A stretch of 64,000 nucleotides of DNA from Candidatus Enterosoma merdigallinarum (GTDB taxonomy: Bacteria; Bacillota_I; Bacilli_A; RFN20; CAG-288). A program made the position numbers and the translations under genes. The DNA is taken from NCBI GenBank assembly GCA_018714385.1, contig DVNL01000014.1, positions 25,959 through 89,958 on the forward strand, given 5' to 3'. The notes under the pieces are model-generated. The model searched no databases, had not been told where the DNA came from, and saw nothing but the letters and a program-made list of their open reading frames with translations. This document shows, one piece after another, positions 37,288 through 47,846 of this stretch. Position 1 is the first letter of the stretch, and each line of letters begins with the position of its first letter.

Positions 37288-37840
37288 CCAGAATCTCCTT
37301 TACCTTTTTCTTGTCCAAGGCGAGCATGAGAAGACATTCCTCGACCTTTTTTGCGGAAGTATAGGGAAGGGAAAACTTTTCGACGAGAGCCATGCGCCTT
37401 TTCTTTCCGCCGGCACCGATCAGTCCGAGATCATAGAAATCTTCTTCCTCTAGGGAAAGCCTTTCGTCGGTGAACAGATCGTGGCGAATAAAGGGGCGGA
37501 GATGTTCCTTGAGATCCGTCATGGCCATCTGTGCGATGCCGACCTTTCCCTTCTTGATTGCTTCCTTCTTCGGAACATCAATATGAAGGCAAGATCCGAT
37601 CCTGTCCTCCACGATTTTCTTGATCTTCTTCCCGGGGCCGTCGGGATCCAGGACAAGGACGATATTCCGAACCTCACGGCATCGCAAAAGAAAGTCGGTT
37701 ATCTCCCGACGGATGAATTCGCCGCCGGTCGGAACGACAAAAAGACATCCGAGCTTCTTGAGCCGGTCCTCGTCCGTGACACCTTCACAGACATAGAGAT
37801 AACGCCTATCGGCATGGTTTTCTTCAAATATGGGTTCCAT
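37280..37840 (-). CDS. rnmV: Ribonuclease M5 (Toprim domain)
   Basis: YVCEGVTDEDRL and VLDPDGPGKKI Toprim motifs. Conserved position between tatD and rsmA. Start set to ATG 37840. Confidence 0.8.
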   Translation of the reverse strand: MEPIFEENHADRRYLYVCEGVTDEDRLKKLGCLFVVPTGGEFIRREITDFLLRCREVRNIVLVLDPDGPGKKIKKIVEDRIGSCLHIDVPKKEAIKKGKVGIAQMAMTDLKEHLRPFIRHDLFTDERLSLEEEDFYDLGLIGAGGKKRRMALVEKFSLPYTSAKKVEECLLMLALDKKKVKEILDD

Positions 37841-38609
37841 AGAATCTCTCCGCATTCTCGTAAAGTTTTTCCGCACAGGATGTCGTCTCCAATCCCTTGA
37901 GAGAGGCGATGGCCTCGATGACGAGGGGAAGATAGGAAGGATCATTCCTTTCGCCGCGATGAGGCGTCGGAGCAAGATAGGGCGAATCCGTCTCGGTCAA
38001 AATGTGTTCGATCGGGAGGTTGGAAACGACTTCTTTCAGCACTCGGCTGTTTTTGAAGGTCAAAACACCGCCGACCCCGATGTAGAATTCGATCGGCAGA
38101 TCAAGATATCGCTTCGCCATCTCCCAGGAACCGGAATAGCAATGCAGATCGATTCTCTTCGGCTTCTCCGCTGCCACAATCGAATAGGTGTCCAGATCCG
38201 CATCCCGACTGTGTATGACGATCGGCAGTTCCAAATCCTTGGCGAGACGGATCTGATCGACGAAGACTTTTTTCTGTCTTTCCTTCGTTCGCTCGTCTTT
38301 TTCATAATGATAATCCAAACCGATCTCCCCGATGGCGGCGATTTCCGATCGATGCTGTCGGATAAAAGCGTAGGCCTCTTCTAGATAAGCATCGCTTTTC
38401 TTTGCGAATTCCGGATGGATGCCGAGGACAGGGCGAAAGAAAACAGGATCTCTTTTTCTATGCTCCAGAATCTTTTCGAAAGCCTCGAATGAATCAGAGT
38501 TTTCATAGCAACAGACGATTCCGTTTCTTTTACATTTTTCGATAACTTCCGAAAGATCATCTGCAAACCTTTCGTCATAAAGATGACAATGTGTATCTAT
38601 GATTTTCAT
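37824..38609 (-). CDS. tatD: TatD-family metal-dependent hydrolase (YabD-like)
   Basis: MKIIDTHCHL..., IGEIGLDYHY, IHSRDA, ETDSPYLAP. Confidence 0.9.
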   Translation of the reverse strand: MKIIDTHCHLYDERFADDLSEVIEKCKRNGIVCCYENSDSFEAFEKILEHRKRDPVFFRPVLGIHPEFAKKSDAYLEEAYAFIRQHRSEIAAIGEIGLDYHYEKDERTKERQKKVFVDQIRLAKDLELPIVIHSRDADLDTYSIVAAEKPKRIDLHCYSGSWEMAKRYLDLPIEFYIGVGGVLTFKNSRVLKEVVSNLPIEHILTETDSPYLAPTPHRGERNDPSYLPLVIEAIASLKGLETTSCAEKLYENAERFYGTHI

Positions 38610-38611
38610 AT

Positions 38612-39967
38612 CTACTTTCCTAAACAGAACCTGGAAAAGAGAGTCTGATAGATGTCTTCCATAGACTGCGTGGCCCCCTCCCCCATCAAAGCGTTGATCA
38701 GATCGAGAGCCTGGCGAATCGTGTCGGAAGCAATGTCGATCTGATGTGTTTCTTTTATCGTCGAAAAAGCCTCGTCGAGCTTTGTGACGATGCTTGCAAT
38801 ATAGTCTTCCTCTCTCTTTCCAAGAAACGCCGATTCCTCCTTCTTGTCGAGGTCAAGCTTTTTCAGAATCAAAGCAATCAAAGGGGTGAGATCGTCCTGC
38901 AAAGACGACAAAAAGATATCCGCCCCTTGACTGACTCCTCCAAGATCGCGTTTCGTCCCGACCTTGATCATCGGCTTCTCTCCTATGGCCTGAAGCAGAT
39001 CCTTTTCCCCGGACAGGAAAGCGAAACCCGAATCCGAAACCAAGAGGATTATGTCCGCCTGGCGGATGGTCTCGAAAGACTTGTTGATTCCGATGCTTTC
39101 AATTTCATCGTCCGTCTTGCGGATTCCGGCCGTATCCTTGAACATGAAGCGAAGGCCATCGATTTCCCTTTCCCCTTCGACGATGTCCCTTGTTGTTCCG
39201 GGAATCGAAGAGACGATAGCCTTGTCCTCCTTGATCAAGGCATTCAAGAGGGTCGACTTGCCGACGTTCGGCTCGCCGACGATGGCGACACGGATGCCTT
39301 GGTATTCCCTATTGCTTCGCCTTGTCCTGTCCAGGATATCTCTCCACTGGGCGACTTCCTTTTCCAAAGAAGAGGCGACTTTCTCCAATTCCTCGTCATA
39401 GTCGTCCTTTTCATCGGAATATTGATCCTCGACGTAATATTCCAGGCTGGCGATGTCTTCCAAAAGGTTTTCCTTGAGCCTTTGCACCAGCTTCGTGTTC
39501 TCGCCGCTCAAAGTATGGTTGGCCACTTCCACGGCCCGTCTTGACGTCGCATGAATCAGATCGTTGATTCCCTGCGCCTTGAGGAGATCCATCTTGCCGT
39601 TGAAATAGGCCTGTGCGGAGAATTCGCCGCGTTCGGCTCTTCTTGCCCCGGCCTCAGACAAAGCGGCGAGCAAGACCTCGGCGACGATAGGCGATCCGTG
39701 GATGGAAAAGTCGACGGAATCGAATCCGGTATAGGACTTCGGAGCCTTATAGAGAACCATCAGACACTCATCGATGTAGCCTTCCTTGAGCTTCCCGCCA
39801 CGATAAAGCTTTGTGAGATAGGCACGATCCATTTCCAGTTTCGAGACATCCCGATGGACGATCTTCTGGAGCACGTCAAATGCTTTCGGCCCGGAAAGCC
39901 GGACGATGGCGAGAGCACTTCGATATGGAGGTGTCGCAAGAGCGCAAATCGTGTCGAAAACAAGCAT
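38612..39967 (-). CDS. mnmE: tRNA modification GTPase MnmE
   Basis: DTICALATPP, G-domain GEPNVGKSTLLNAL and DTAGIR, and a C-terminal FCLGK. Confidence 0.93.
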   Translation of the reverse strand: MLVFDTICALATPPYRSALAIVRLSGPKAFDVLQKIVHRDVSKLEMDRAYLTKLYRGGKLKEGYIDECLMVLYKAPKSYTGFDSVDFSIHGSPIVAEVLLAALSEAGARRAERGEFSAQAYFNGKMDLLKAQGINDLIHATSRRAVEVANHTLSGENTKLVQRLKENLLEDIASLEYYVEDQYSDEKDDYDEELEKVASSLEKEVAQWRDILDRTRRSNREYQGIRVAIVGEPNVGKSTLLNALIKEDKAIVSSIPGTTRDIVEGEREIDGLRFMFKDTAGIRKTDDEIESIGINKSFETIRQADIILLVSDSGFAFLSGEKDLLQAIGEKPMIKVGTKRDLGGVSQGADIFLSSLQDDLTPLIALILKKLDLDKKEESAFLGKREEDYIASIVTKLDEAFSTIKETHQIDIASDTIRQALDLINALMGEGATQSMEDIYQTLFSRFCLGK

Positions 39968-39973
39968 GTTTTA

Positions 39974-39982
39974 ATTATATCA
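39974..39982 (-). promoter_or_regulatory. Extended -10 element placed 6 nt from the mnmE ATG (probable leaderless mRNA)
   Basis: Minus strand reads TGATATAAT-TAAAAC-ATG, with no Shine-Dalgarno. Confidence 0.45.
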
Positions 39983-40180
39983 GTTTCATCGAAAGCTCTC
40001 TATTTGTATGCCTTTCCTGTCATTTCACTGCTACATTCATCCATGTAAAAAGGCATGTTTCCATTTCCGGAAGAAAATAAGCTGTCGTGACCACAAAAGA
40101 ACACATCCAAGCGTCCTAGGCAACCCCAAACCGAGGTCATATCCTAATTCTTGGGAGTCCTTTGCCTTTTTGAGATTTTA

Positions 40181-40209
40181 TTAACTTGTTTTACCTTTTT
40201 TGCTAGAAT
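40181..40209 (+). promoter_or_regulatory. Putative eno promoter
   Basis: TTAACT, 17-nt spacer, TAGAAT preceded by TGc (extended -10). The RBS TAGGAG follows. Confidence 0.45.
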
Positions 40210-40223
40210 AGTCGAGTCATTAA

Positions 40224-41543
<1,320 letters not shown>

Positions 41544-41561
41544 GTCTTCTTCCGTCATCAA

Positions 41562-41589
41562 GAGCCATGTCTTCGGGCATGGCTTTTTC
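41562..41589 (+). terminator. eno terminator
   Basis: GCCATG-TCTTCGGG-CATGGC followed by TTTTTC. Confidence 0.7.
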
Positions 41590-41779
41590 TATGCACGGAA
41601 CAGCTTTCAAACCGTTCGAAAGCGTTTTCAGTTACAGTGTGAGATATTTGTACGTTGTCTTTCCTTTTTGCTTGTTCTAATTATTTTTTCGGTTAAATGG
41701 CAATAAATGAGAAAACAGCGAAGACACTAGAAAATTATTAGGATGACCAAGAGAGCATTTTTGAATGCAAGTGTCTCGC

Positions 41780-41808
41780 TTGAAAATGTTTTTTTCTTTT
41801 CTCATAAT
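41780..41808 (+). promoter_or_regulatory. Putative ftsH promoter
   Basis: TTGAAA, 17-nt spacer, CATAAT, 45 nt upstream of ATG 41854. Confidence 0.5.
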
Positions 41809-41853
41809 AATATTGTTTCTATTCGAAACCTTTTTCTTGGAGGTGACCTATTG

Positions 41854-44619
41854 ATGAAAAAAAGCCACTGCGTTGCGGAAGAGACGATAACCTCTTCTTC
41901 ATACGAAATGGACTTCTCCGACGACAACGGTCCGAACAATAACAGACAGCCCCAAAACGAGACAAGGCGTCCCGGACACAACGGAAAGGGCTACATTTCT
42001 GTCATCCTTTTGGCCGTCGTCCTGACACTGATGATCAGCCTCATGCTGTACTTCTTCGTCTTTAGAGGAAGCAGTCTCTCCTATACCTTCACATCCAGCG
42101 ACATCCAGTATCGCATCGACACCGATCACGACGGCAAGGCAGAAGTCAACCCCGACGGTTCTCCCGATTTCAGCGGGTTCAACGACCCTGAAAACCAATC
42201 TTTCTCCATCTATGACCCCATCAGCAATCCCGAGGGCATCATCATGCCCCTCGAGAAGGAGAACGCCGACGATCTGACTTTCTTGGAAGTCCTCGTCAGC
42301 CCCTACGACTACTCCGTCGTCATGAATGCCATCCGCAGCAACATCGACCCCAACACCGTCTATATCCAAGGTCAGTTCAATCAGCCCGATTCGAACGGCC
42401 GTTCCATCACGGCGTCTTTTTCCATGACGCTGACAAACAGCGACTTTGAAACCTATCTCAAGCCTATCGTTCAATACGTGGAATATATTCCTGATAATAT
42501 GCAGGAACCTGTCGCCTACTATAACGGTAGGCATTATCAATACGGCATCGAATCCACTTCCTCCATCAGTTCCTGGCTTCTTCCTTTGGTTTTGACCCTC
42601 GTCTTCGTCGGCATCATATTCTTCTTCTACAACCGCATGAGCAAATCCCTCGGTGGCGGTTCCGGCGGTCCGATGGCAGGTTTTGTCAACAATATCGCCA
42701 GAAAGGAGACTTCCTCGAAGGTCCGTTTCTCCGATGTCGCCGGATGCGACGAGGCGAAAGCCGAGCTCGTCGAGCTTGTCGATTACTTCCATTCGACGGA
42801 CAAATACACAAGATTGGGGGCGAAACTGCCTCATGGCGTGCTCCTTGTCGGCCCTCCGGGCACCGGTAAGACCCTTCTTGCCAAGGCTGTCGCAGGCGAG
42901 GCCAGCGTCCCGTTCTATTCCATCTCCGGATCCGACTTCGTCGAAATGTATGTCGGTGTCGGCGCCTCGCGTGTCCGTTCCCTCTTCAAGACAGCGAAGG
43001 CCAACGCCCCTTGTCTCATCTTCATCGATGAAATCGATGCCGTCGGACGTCAGAGAGGAGCGGGTCTTGGCGGCGGAAACGACGAAAGAGAGCAGACCTT
43101 GAACGAGCTCCTCGTCGAAATGGACGGATTCGAAGACAATTCCGGTATCATCGTCATGGCCGCCACCAACCGATCCGATGTCCTCGACCCTGCCTTGACG
43201 AGACCCGGCCGTTTCGACAGGACCATCACGGTTGACCTTCCCGACAAGAACGGAAGAGCCGCCATCCTGAAGGTCCATTCCCGCAACAAGAAGCTCGCCA
43301 ATGATGTCAGCCTCGAAGACATCGCAAGCCGTACCGTCGGCTTCTCCGGTGCCGATCTTGCCAACATCATGAACGATGCCGCCATCCTTGCCGTCCGTGC
43401 CAACCGCAACGCCATCACAACGGCGGACATCGACGAAGCCATCGACAGAGCAATCTCCGGCCCGGCGAAGAAGTCCCATCTGGAACCCAACGAAAAGAAG
43501 CAGGTCGCCTACCATGAATCCGGCCATGCCGTCATCGGCATCTTCCTCCCCTATTCCGATGTCGTCCAGAAGATCACGATCGTCCCGAGAGGAAGGACTG
43601 GCGGTCATGTCCTGATGACACCGGCCCAAGATCACTTCCTCTTGACGAAAAACCAGCTGATGGCCCGAATCACCGGCTATCTGGGCGGCAGGACCTCCGA
43701 AGAAATCTTCTTCGGGGATGTCTCGACCGGCGCCTCGAACGACATCGAAGTCGCCACGCAGCTCGCCCGCTCGATGGTCACCCAATACGGTATGTCCGAC
43801 CTCGGCCCCATCCAATATGAAAGGCCGGGCGGATCCGTCTTCTTGGGCAGAGACTACAATTCCACCCAGGCCAACTATTCGACGCAGATTGCCTTCGAAA
43901 TCGACAAGGCCGTCCGCGACATCATCGACCAGTGCCACGAAAAGGCCAAAGCCCTGCTCAACGAACATAGCGAAGACGTCAAACTGATCGCCGAAACCTT
44001 GATCGAACACGAAACGATCACGGCCGACCAGATCGAATACCTCCTCAAGAACAGGCATCTCCCTCCCGTCGACGAACACAAGCTCACTTCCGAGGAGGGC
44101 GTCCATCCGAAGAATCCCAACAACATCATCCTCTATCCCGGATTCGAGCCCTTCTATATCGCCGCCGACAGAATCATGGCAGGGAATCCGTCCCGCTTCG
44201 TCCTGGCGGTCGCGACAGGCTCCGGAAACCCCATAACCGACAACGAATTCAAGTCCGTGTGCGTCCGTGGCGCCTCCGATTCTTCCCGCATCGGCATGAT
44301 GTTCCTGGAATTCAGTCAGACGATGCGCATCTCCCTCTCCCTGGAAACCTTTGCCTCGCACATGGAATCCTATGTCGGAACCTCTGTCCTCCTGATCAAG
44401 ACGGACGATGCCTCCATCCGCCAGCTCAAGGCGATCTACGAGCCGAAGAACGAAGCAAAAGAGGAAAAAGCGAAGATGGATCAAGAAAGGCCGGGTGTCG
44501 TCCAGGAGATCCTGCCTTCCGACAAAACGGAAGAGACGAAGACGGATTCGACCGACGAAAACACTGACAAACCGGACAATCCGGATCAGAATAACAACTC
44601 ACAGCAAGGAGGAAATTAA
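41854..44619 (+). CDS. ftsH: ATP-dependent zinc metalloprotease FtsH (921 aa, enlarged ectodomain and C-terminal extension of about 187 aa)
   Basis: Two TM segments, AAA+ motifs [23 protein letters not shown]-like and SRH region, and the zinc site HESGHAV. Start set to ATG 41854 after GGAGGTGA. Confidence 0.93.
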   Translation: MKKSHCVAEETITSSSYEMDFSDDNGPNNNRQPQNETRRPGHNGKGYISVILLAVVLTLMISLMLYFFVFRGSSLSYTFTSSDIQYRIDTDHDGKAEVNPDGSPDFSGFNDPENQSFSIYDPISNPEGIIMPLEKENADDLTFLEVLVSPYDYSVVMNAIRSNIDPNTVYIQGQFNQPDSNGRSITASFSMTLTNSDFETYLKPIVQYVEYIPDNMQEPVAYYNGRHYQYGIESTSSISSWLLPLVLTLVFVGIIFFFYNRMSKSLGGGSGGPMAGFVNNIARKETSSKVRFSDVAGCDEAKAELVELVDYFHSTDKYTRLGAKLPHGVLLVGPPGTGKTLLAKAVAGEASVPFYSISGSDFVEMYVGVGASRVRSLFKTAKANAPCLIFIDEIDAVGRQRGAGLGGGNDEREQTLNELLVEMDGFEDNSGIIVMAATNRSDVLDPALTRPGRFDRTITVDLPDKNGRAAILKVHSRNKKLANDVSLEDIASRTVGFSGADLANIMNDAAILAVRANRNAITTADIDEAIDRAISGPAKKSHLEPNEKKQVAYHESGHAVIGIFLPYSDVVQKITIVPRGRTGGHVLMTPAQDHFLLTKNQLMARITGYLGGRTSEEIFFGDVSTGASNDIEVATQLARSMVTQYGMSDLGPIQYERPGGSVFLGRDYNSTQANYSTQIAFEIDKAVRDIIDQCHEKAKALLNEHSEDVKLIAETLIEHETITADQIEYLLKNRHLPPVDEHKLTSEEGVHPKNPNNIILYPGFEPFYIAADRIMAGNPSRFVLAVATGSGNPITDNEFKSVCVRGASDSSRIGMMFLEFSQTMRISLSLETFASHMESYVGTSVLLIKTDDASIRQLKAIYEPKNEAKEEKAKMDQERPGVVQEILPSDKTEETKTDSTDENTDKPDNPDQNNNSQQGGN

Positions 44620-44620
44620 C

Positions 44621-45193
44621 ATGTCGTCCAAAACCTTCACCAAGCATGCACAACGCGTGCTCAACAAGAACCCCAACGTCGTCAAATGCTCGACCGCCAA
44701 GATCATCTTCACGGAAGACTTCGCCCTCAAGGTCTGCGAAGCCCTGAAGGCGGGAGAGGATCCCTACAAGATCTTCACGGACAACGGCATTTCCGTCCGT
44801 GTCCTCGGCAAGAGCCGCGTCAATGGCATCATCGGCCTGTGGAAATCCAAATACAATTTGGAGAACCTGCCGAGAAGGAAGGCACCGGTCAAGCCGAAGC
44901 CCCATGTCGAGACGGCCCAGGAAAGGAAGGAGAGAAATCTCCGCGAGGCAATCGCCCTCTGCGACACCTTCATCGCCGATCCGGCTTCCCTGGAACTGTC
45001 TCCGGACACCGATCCGGACATCATCCGCTTTGCCGCCATCAAGAAGGTGTACGATTCCGGAAAGCCCGTCATCGTGAAGGATCTTTGTGCCCACTACGGC
45101 TATCCCTACTCCAAATACTATGGCTATCTGACTTCCATCCGTCCCAAGAGCGATACCTTCGTCAACATCCTCAATCCGCATCGAAAGAGATAG
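44621..45193 (+). CDS. HTH-domain protein resembling IS3-family OrfA / transposase-helper proteins (no DDE partner)
   Basis: LNKNPNVVKCSTAKIIFTEDFALKVCEALKAGEDPYKIFTDNGISVRVLGKSRVNGIIGLWKSKY, and a C-terminal VKDLCAHYGYPYSKYYGY that resembles the LCxxxGxSRSxYYxW motif of IS3 OrfA. AAGGAGG RBS. The ATG is 1 nt after the ftsH stop. Confidence 0.4.
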   Translation: MSSKTFTKHAQRVLNKNPNVVKCSTAKIIFTEDFALKVCEALKAGEDPYKIFTDNGISVRVLGKSRVNGIIGLWKSKYNLENLPRRKAPVKPKPHVETAQERKERNLREAIALCDTFIADPASLELSPDTDPDIIRFAAIKKVYDSGKPVIVKDLCAHYGYPYSKYYGYLTSIRPKSDTFVNILNPHRKR

Positions 45194-45199
45194 TTCGCC

Positions 45200-45796
45200 A
45201 TGTTCTTGATAGCGACAGGCGGCATCATCGGCATCATCGTCGGTGGCGTCATCTTGATCTGCCTTCTCGTCACCGTGTTCTGGTTCATCGCCAAGCACAA
45301 TTACTTCCGGCGCATGGAGATCAAGATCGACGAATCTGCCAGCGATATCGATGTCGCCCTCAACAGACGTTTCGACCTTCTGACGAAGGAATACGAAATC
45401 TGCAAAGGCTATGCCAAGCACGAAAGCGCGACGCTGTCGGAAATCATCCGGATGCGGCAAGCGCCTTCCTCCTCCCAAGAAGGAAAGGTCGACATGGAAA
45501 AGCTCTCCCGGATCAACGACGGTCTCAACCGCCTCGCCGGAGACATCCATGTCACGATGGAACAATACCCCAACCTCAAGGCCGACAAGGTCTTCCTCAG
45601 CCTGGCGGAATCCTGCCGGGACGTCGAGGAGCATCTGGAAGCGGCAAGACGTCTGTATAACTCCAACGTGTCTCTCTACAATCAGGAAATCGTCGTCTTC
45701 CCGTCCTCTATCGTCGCCTCCTTTGCCCACTGCCAAAAGAGGGAACTCTTCAAAGTCGAGGAAGGCAAAAGCAAAGACGTGAAACTGGAGTTCTGA
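45200..45796 (+). CDS. lemA: LemA-family membrane protein
   Basis: N-terminal TM segment, then NYFRRMEIKIDESASDIDVALNRRFDLL and YPNLKADKVFLSL...LEAARRLYN. Confidence 0.85.
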   Translation: MFLIATGGIIGIIVGGVILICLLVTVFWFIAKHNYFRRMEIKIDESASDIDVALNRRFDLLTKEYEICKGYAKHESATLSEIIRMRQAPSSSQEGKVDMEKLSRINDGLNRLAGDIHVTMEQYPNLKADKVFLSLAESCRDVEEHLEAARRLYNSNVSLYNQEIVVFPSSIVASFAHCQKRELFKVEEGKSKDVKLEF

Positions 45797-46411
45797 ATGG
45801 ACATCGTCACATTCGAAGACGACAAGGCGGCAAAGACGTTGCGCGAAGGCAAAATCCTCGCCCTTCCGACGGAAACCGTCTATGGCCTTGCCGTCTGCTG
45901 GGATGACGGCAAAGCCTACGAAAGGCTCGTCGAGACGAAAAGAAGAAGACCGGACAAGGCGATAGCCTGTATGTGCGCAGACACGTTCGACTTCGAGAAG
46001 TACTTCGTCCTCGACGAAGGCATCCGTCGTGTCATGGCCCACTTCCTCCCCGGCCCTCTTACGATTCTCGTCAGAGCGAAGGAAACGGTGCCCTTCCAAA
46101 GCCACCTCGGAACCGGTGTCTGCGGCATACGCGTTCCTGGGAAAGAGGATCTTCTTTCCTTCCTGAGGGCTTTCGGAAAACCGCTTCAAGCCACAAGCGC
46201 CAATCTTTCCGGCAATCCTCCCCTTCACGACTGGCAGTCGGTATACGAGCAGTTCCGGGACGACGAAAACATCGGCGCCATCGTGCGGGGAGAATGTCAA
46301 AGCGATATCCCGACGACCGTCGTCGACCTGACCGGTGAGGAGCCCATTCTGATCCGGCAAGGCGAAATCCGTATCGAATCGATCAAGGAGATCTATCATG
46401 GAAAACATTAA
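45797..46411 (+). CDS. tsaC: L-threonylcarbamoyladenylate synthase (YrdC/Sua5 domain)
   Basis: Motifs LALPTETVYGLAV, LPGPLTIL, ATSANLSGNPP and PTTVVDLT. Confidence 0.88.
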   Translation: MDIVTFEDDKAAKTLREGKILALPTETVYGLAVCWDDGKAYERLVETKRRRPDKAIACMCADTFDFEKYFVLDEGIRRVMAHFLPGPLTILVRAKETVPFQSHLGTGVCGIRVPGKEDLLSFLRAFGKPLQATSANLSGNPPLHDWQSVYEQFRDDENIGAIVRGECQSDIPTTVVDLTGEEPILIRQGEIRIESIKEIYHGKH

Positions 46412-46859
46412 GACTGTCAGCTTCGGCTGCGACCACGGCGGCTATCCCTTCAAGGAAGACGTCATCGCCCATCTCAAGGGACTGGGCTTCGAAGTCATCG
46501 ACTGCGGCACCTTCTCCAAAGAGAGCTGCAACTATCCCGAGCAGGCCTTCAAGGCTGCCACCACCGTCTCGGAAGGAAAGGCCCAGGCTGGCGTTCTCAT
46601 CTGTTCGAGCGGGGAAGGCGTCTGCATCTGCGCCAACAAAGTCAAGGGCGTCATCTGCGGCCTTGCCTACAACGACGACGTCAGCCATCTCATGGTCGCC
46701 CACAACCACGCCAACATGATCGCCTTCGGCGGCGCCTATATGACGCTTGAGGAAATCCTCCATCGCATCGACATCTTCTTCAATTCCTCCCATGACGAAG
46801 GAAGGCATCAGAGAAGAGTCGACCTCATCAAAGCCTACGAGGAAACTCATAGCAAATAA
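46398..46859 (+). CDS. rpiB: Ribose-5-phosphate isomerase B
   Basis: Motifs FGCDHGGYPFK, GVLICSSGEGVCICANK and HNHANMIAFG. Confidence 0.9.
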   Translation: MENIKTVSFGCDHGGYPFKEDVIAHLKGLGFEVIDCGTFSKESCNYPEQAFKAATTVSEGKAQAGVLICSSGEGVCICANKVKGVICGLAYNDDVSHLMVAHNHANMIAFGGAYMTLEEILHRIDIFFNSSHDEGRHQRRVDLIKAYEETHSK

Positions 46860-46861
46860 AG

Positions 46862-46892
46862 AAAAGCCCACGGTTCAAGTGGGCCTTTTTTG
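46862..46892. terminator. Bidirectional terminator between convergent rpiB and vsr
   Basis: AAAA-GCCCAC-GGTTCAA-GTGGGC-CTTTTTT. Confidence 0.8.
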
Positions 46893-46926
46893 TTTGCCGT
46901 CAAAGAAATAAACATCCTCGTCTTTT

Positions 46927-47358
46927 CTAATGGAGTTTTTCTTCTCTCTCCCTTTTCATTATCGCCATCTCGATTTCCTTGACGACCCTTTCGATATCCG
47001 TGTCGATCTCATGCTCCCAGAAGCGGAGGACGAGATAGCCCATCTCGACGAGTTTCTGATCGACTTTCCTGTCCCGTTCTCTGTTCCGTTCGATCTTGGC
47101 CTTCCAGAAGCCACTGTTCGTCTTGAGCTGCTTGTCGATCTGGACATAGTCGTAGCCATGGAAAAAATCGCCGTCGCAGAAGAGACATATCCGGTACCGG
47201 GTCAAGACGATGTCCGGACTTCCCGGAAGACTTTTGACGTTCTTGCGATAGCGATAGCCCCGATGGTAGAGCGCCCTTCTCAAAGCGAGTTCGATCTTCG
47301 TGTCCTTTCCTTTGATCCGGGACATCATCTCGCTCGTCTTGGAAGGGTCTCTTCTCAT
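46927..47358 (-). CDS. vsr: Very-short-patch-repair (Vsr) endonuclease
   Basis: MSRIKGKDTKIELALRRALYHRGYRYRKN...LPGSPDIV...FWKAKIERNRERD...VLRFWEHEI. Start set to ATG 47358, an ATGA overlap with the nudix stop. The track ORF is over-extended by 99 codons. Confidence 0.85.
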   Translation of the reverse strand: MRRDPSKTSEMMSRIKGKDTKIELALRRALYHRGYRYRKNVKSLPGSPDIVLTRYRICLFCDGDFFHGYDYVQIDKQLKTNSGFWKAKIERNRERDRKVDQKLVEMGYLVLRFWEHEIDTDIERVVKEIEMAIMKREREEKLH

Positions 47359-47792
47359 CGATTTTCTTCCTTCGTCAGCCTTTTTTGCATGCGCGAAAGA
47401 TAGCTGTCGGCAAGGGAGAGAGTCTCCTTGTCCGAATCGTAGGTCAGCAAATCCCTGGCTTCTTCGAAAGGCAGGAACAGGATTTCTGAGACTTCCTCTA
47501 TTTGAGGCGTCGGCGTCCCGGAAGAAACTTCGGCAAGATAGAAAGTGACGTCCTTGTTCACGCCGGGTGCCGGACTGTAGGAAACGGTGTGTCCGTAGCT
47601 CGTGTCCAGAAGGACATCCAAGCCCGTCTCCTCTTTGATTTCGCGCATGGCACACTGCCGTGGCGTCTCGCCTTTCTCGATATGCCCCTTGGGCAGAGAG
47701 ACATGCCCGAGGCGCATCTTTTCGATGAGATAAAGCCTCTTTCCTTCTTCGCTGCGATAGACGACAGCCCCGTAACTATATTCCTGTTTCAT
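47355..47792 (-). CDS. NUDIX hydrolase
   Basis: Nudix box GHIEKGETPRQCAMREIKEETGL. Start at ATG 47792 after GAGGAG. Confidence 0.85.
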   Translation of the reverse strand: MKQEYSYGAVVYRSEEGKRLYLIEKMRLGHVSLPKGHIEKGETPRQCAMREIKEETGLDVLLDTSYGHTVSYSPAPGVNKDVTFYLAEVSSGTPTPQIEEVSEILFLPFEEARDLLTYDSDKETLSLADSYLSRMQKRLTKEENR

Positions 47793-47813
47793 GTGTCTTC
47801 TCCTCGATATACC

Positions 47814-47846
47814 AAAACTCCCCTGCACCGATTGGCACAGGGGAGA
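47814..47846 (-). terminator. Hairpin terminator downstream of feoB
   Basis: Minus strand reads CTCCCCTGTGCC-AATC-GGTGCAGGGGAG followed by TTTTGG. Confidence 0.6.

Noticed and set aside
44621-45193. Insertion sequence or other mobile element at the IS3-OrfA-like gene
   Set aside because: No DDE transposase ORF, no -1 frameshift motif, no terminal inverted repeats and no target duplication is visible. The gene is embedded in a housekeeping operon.
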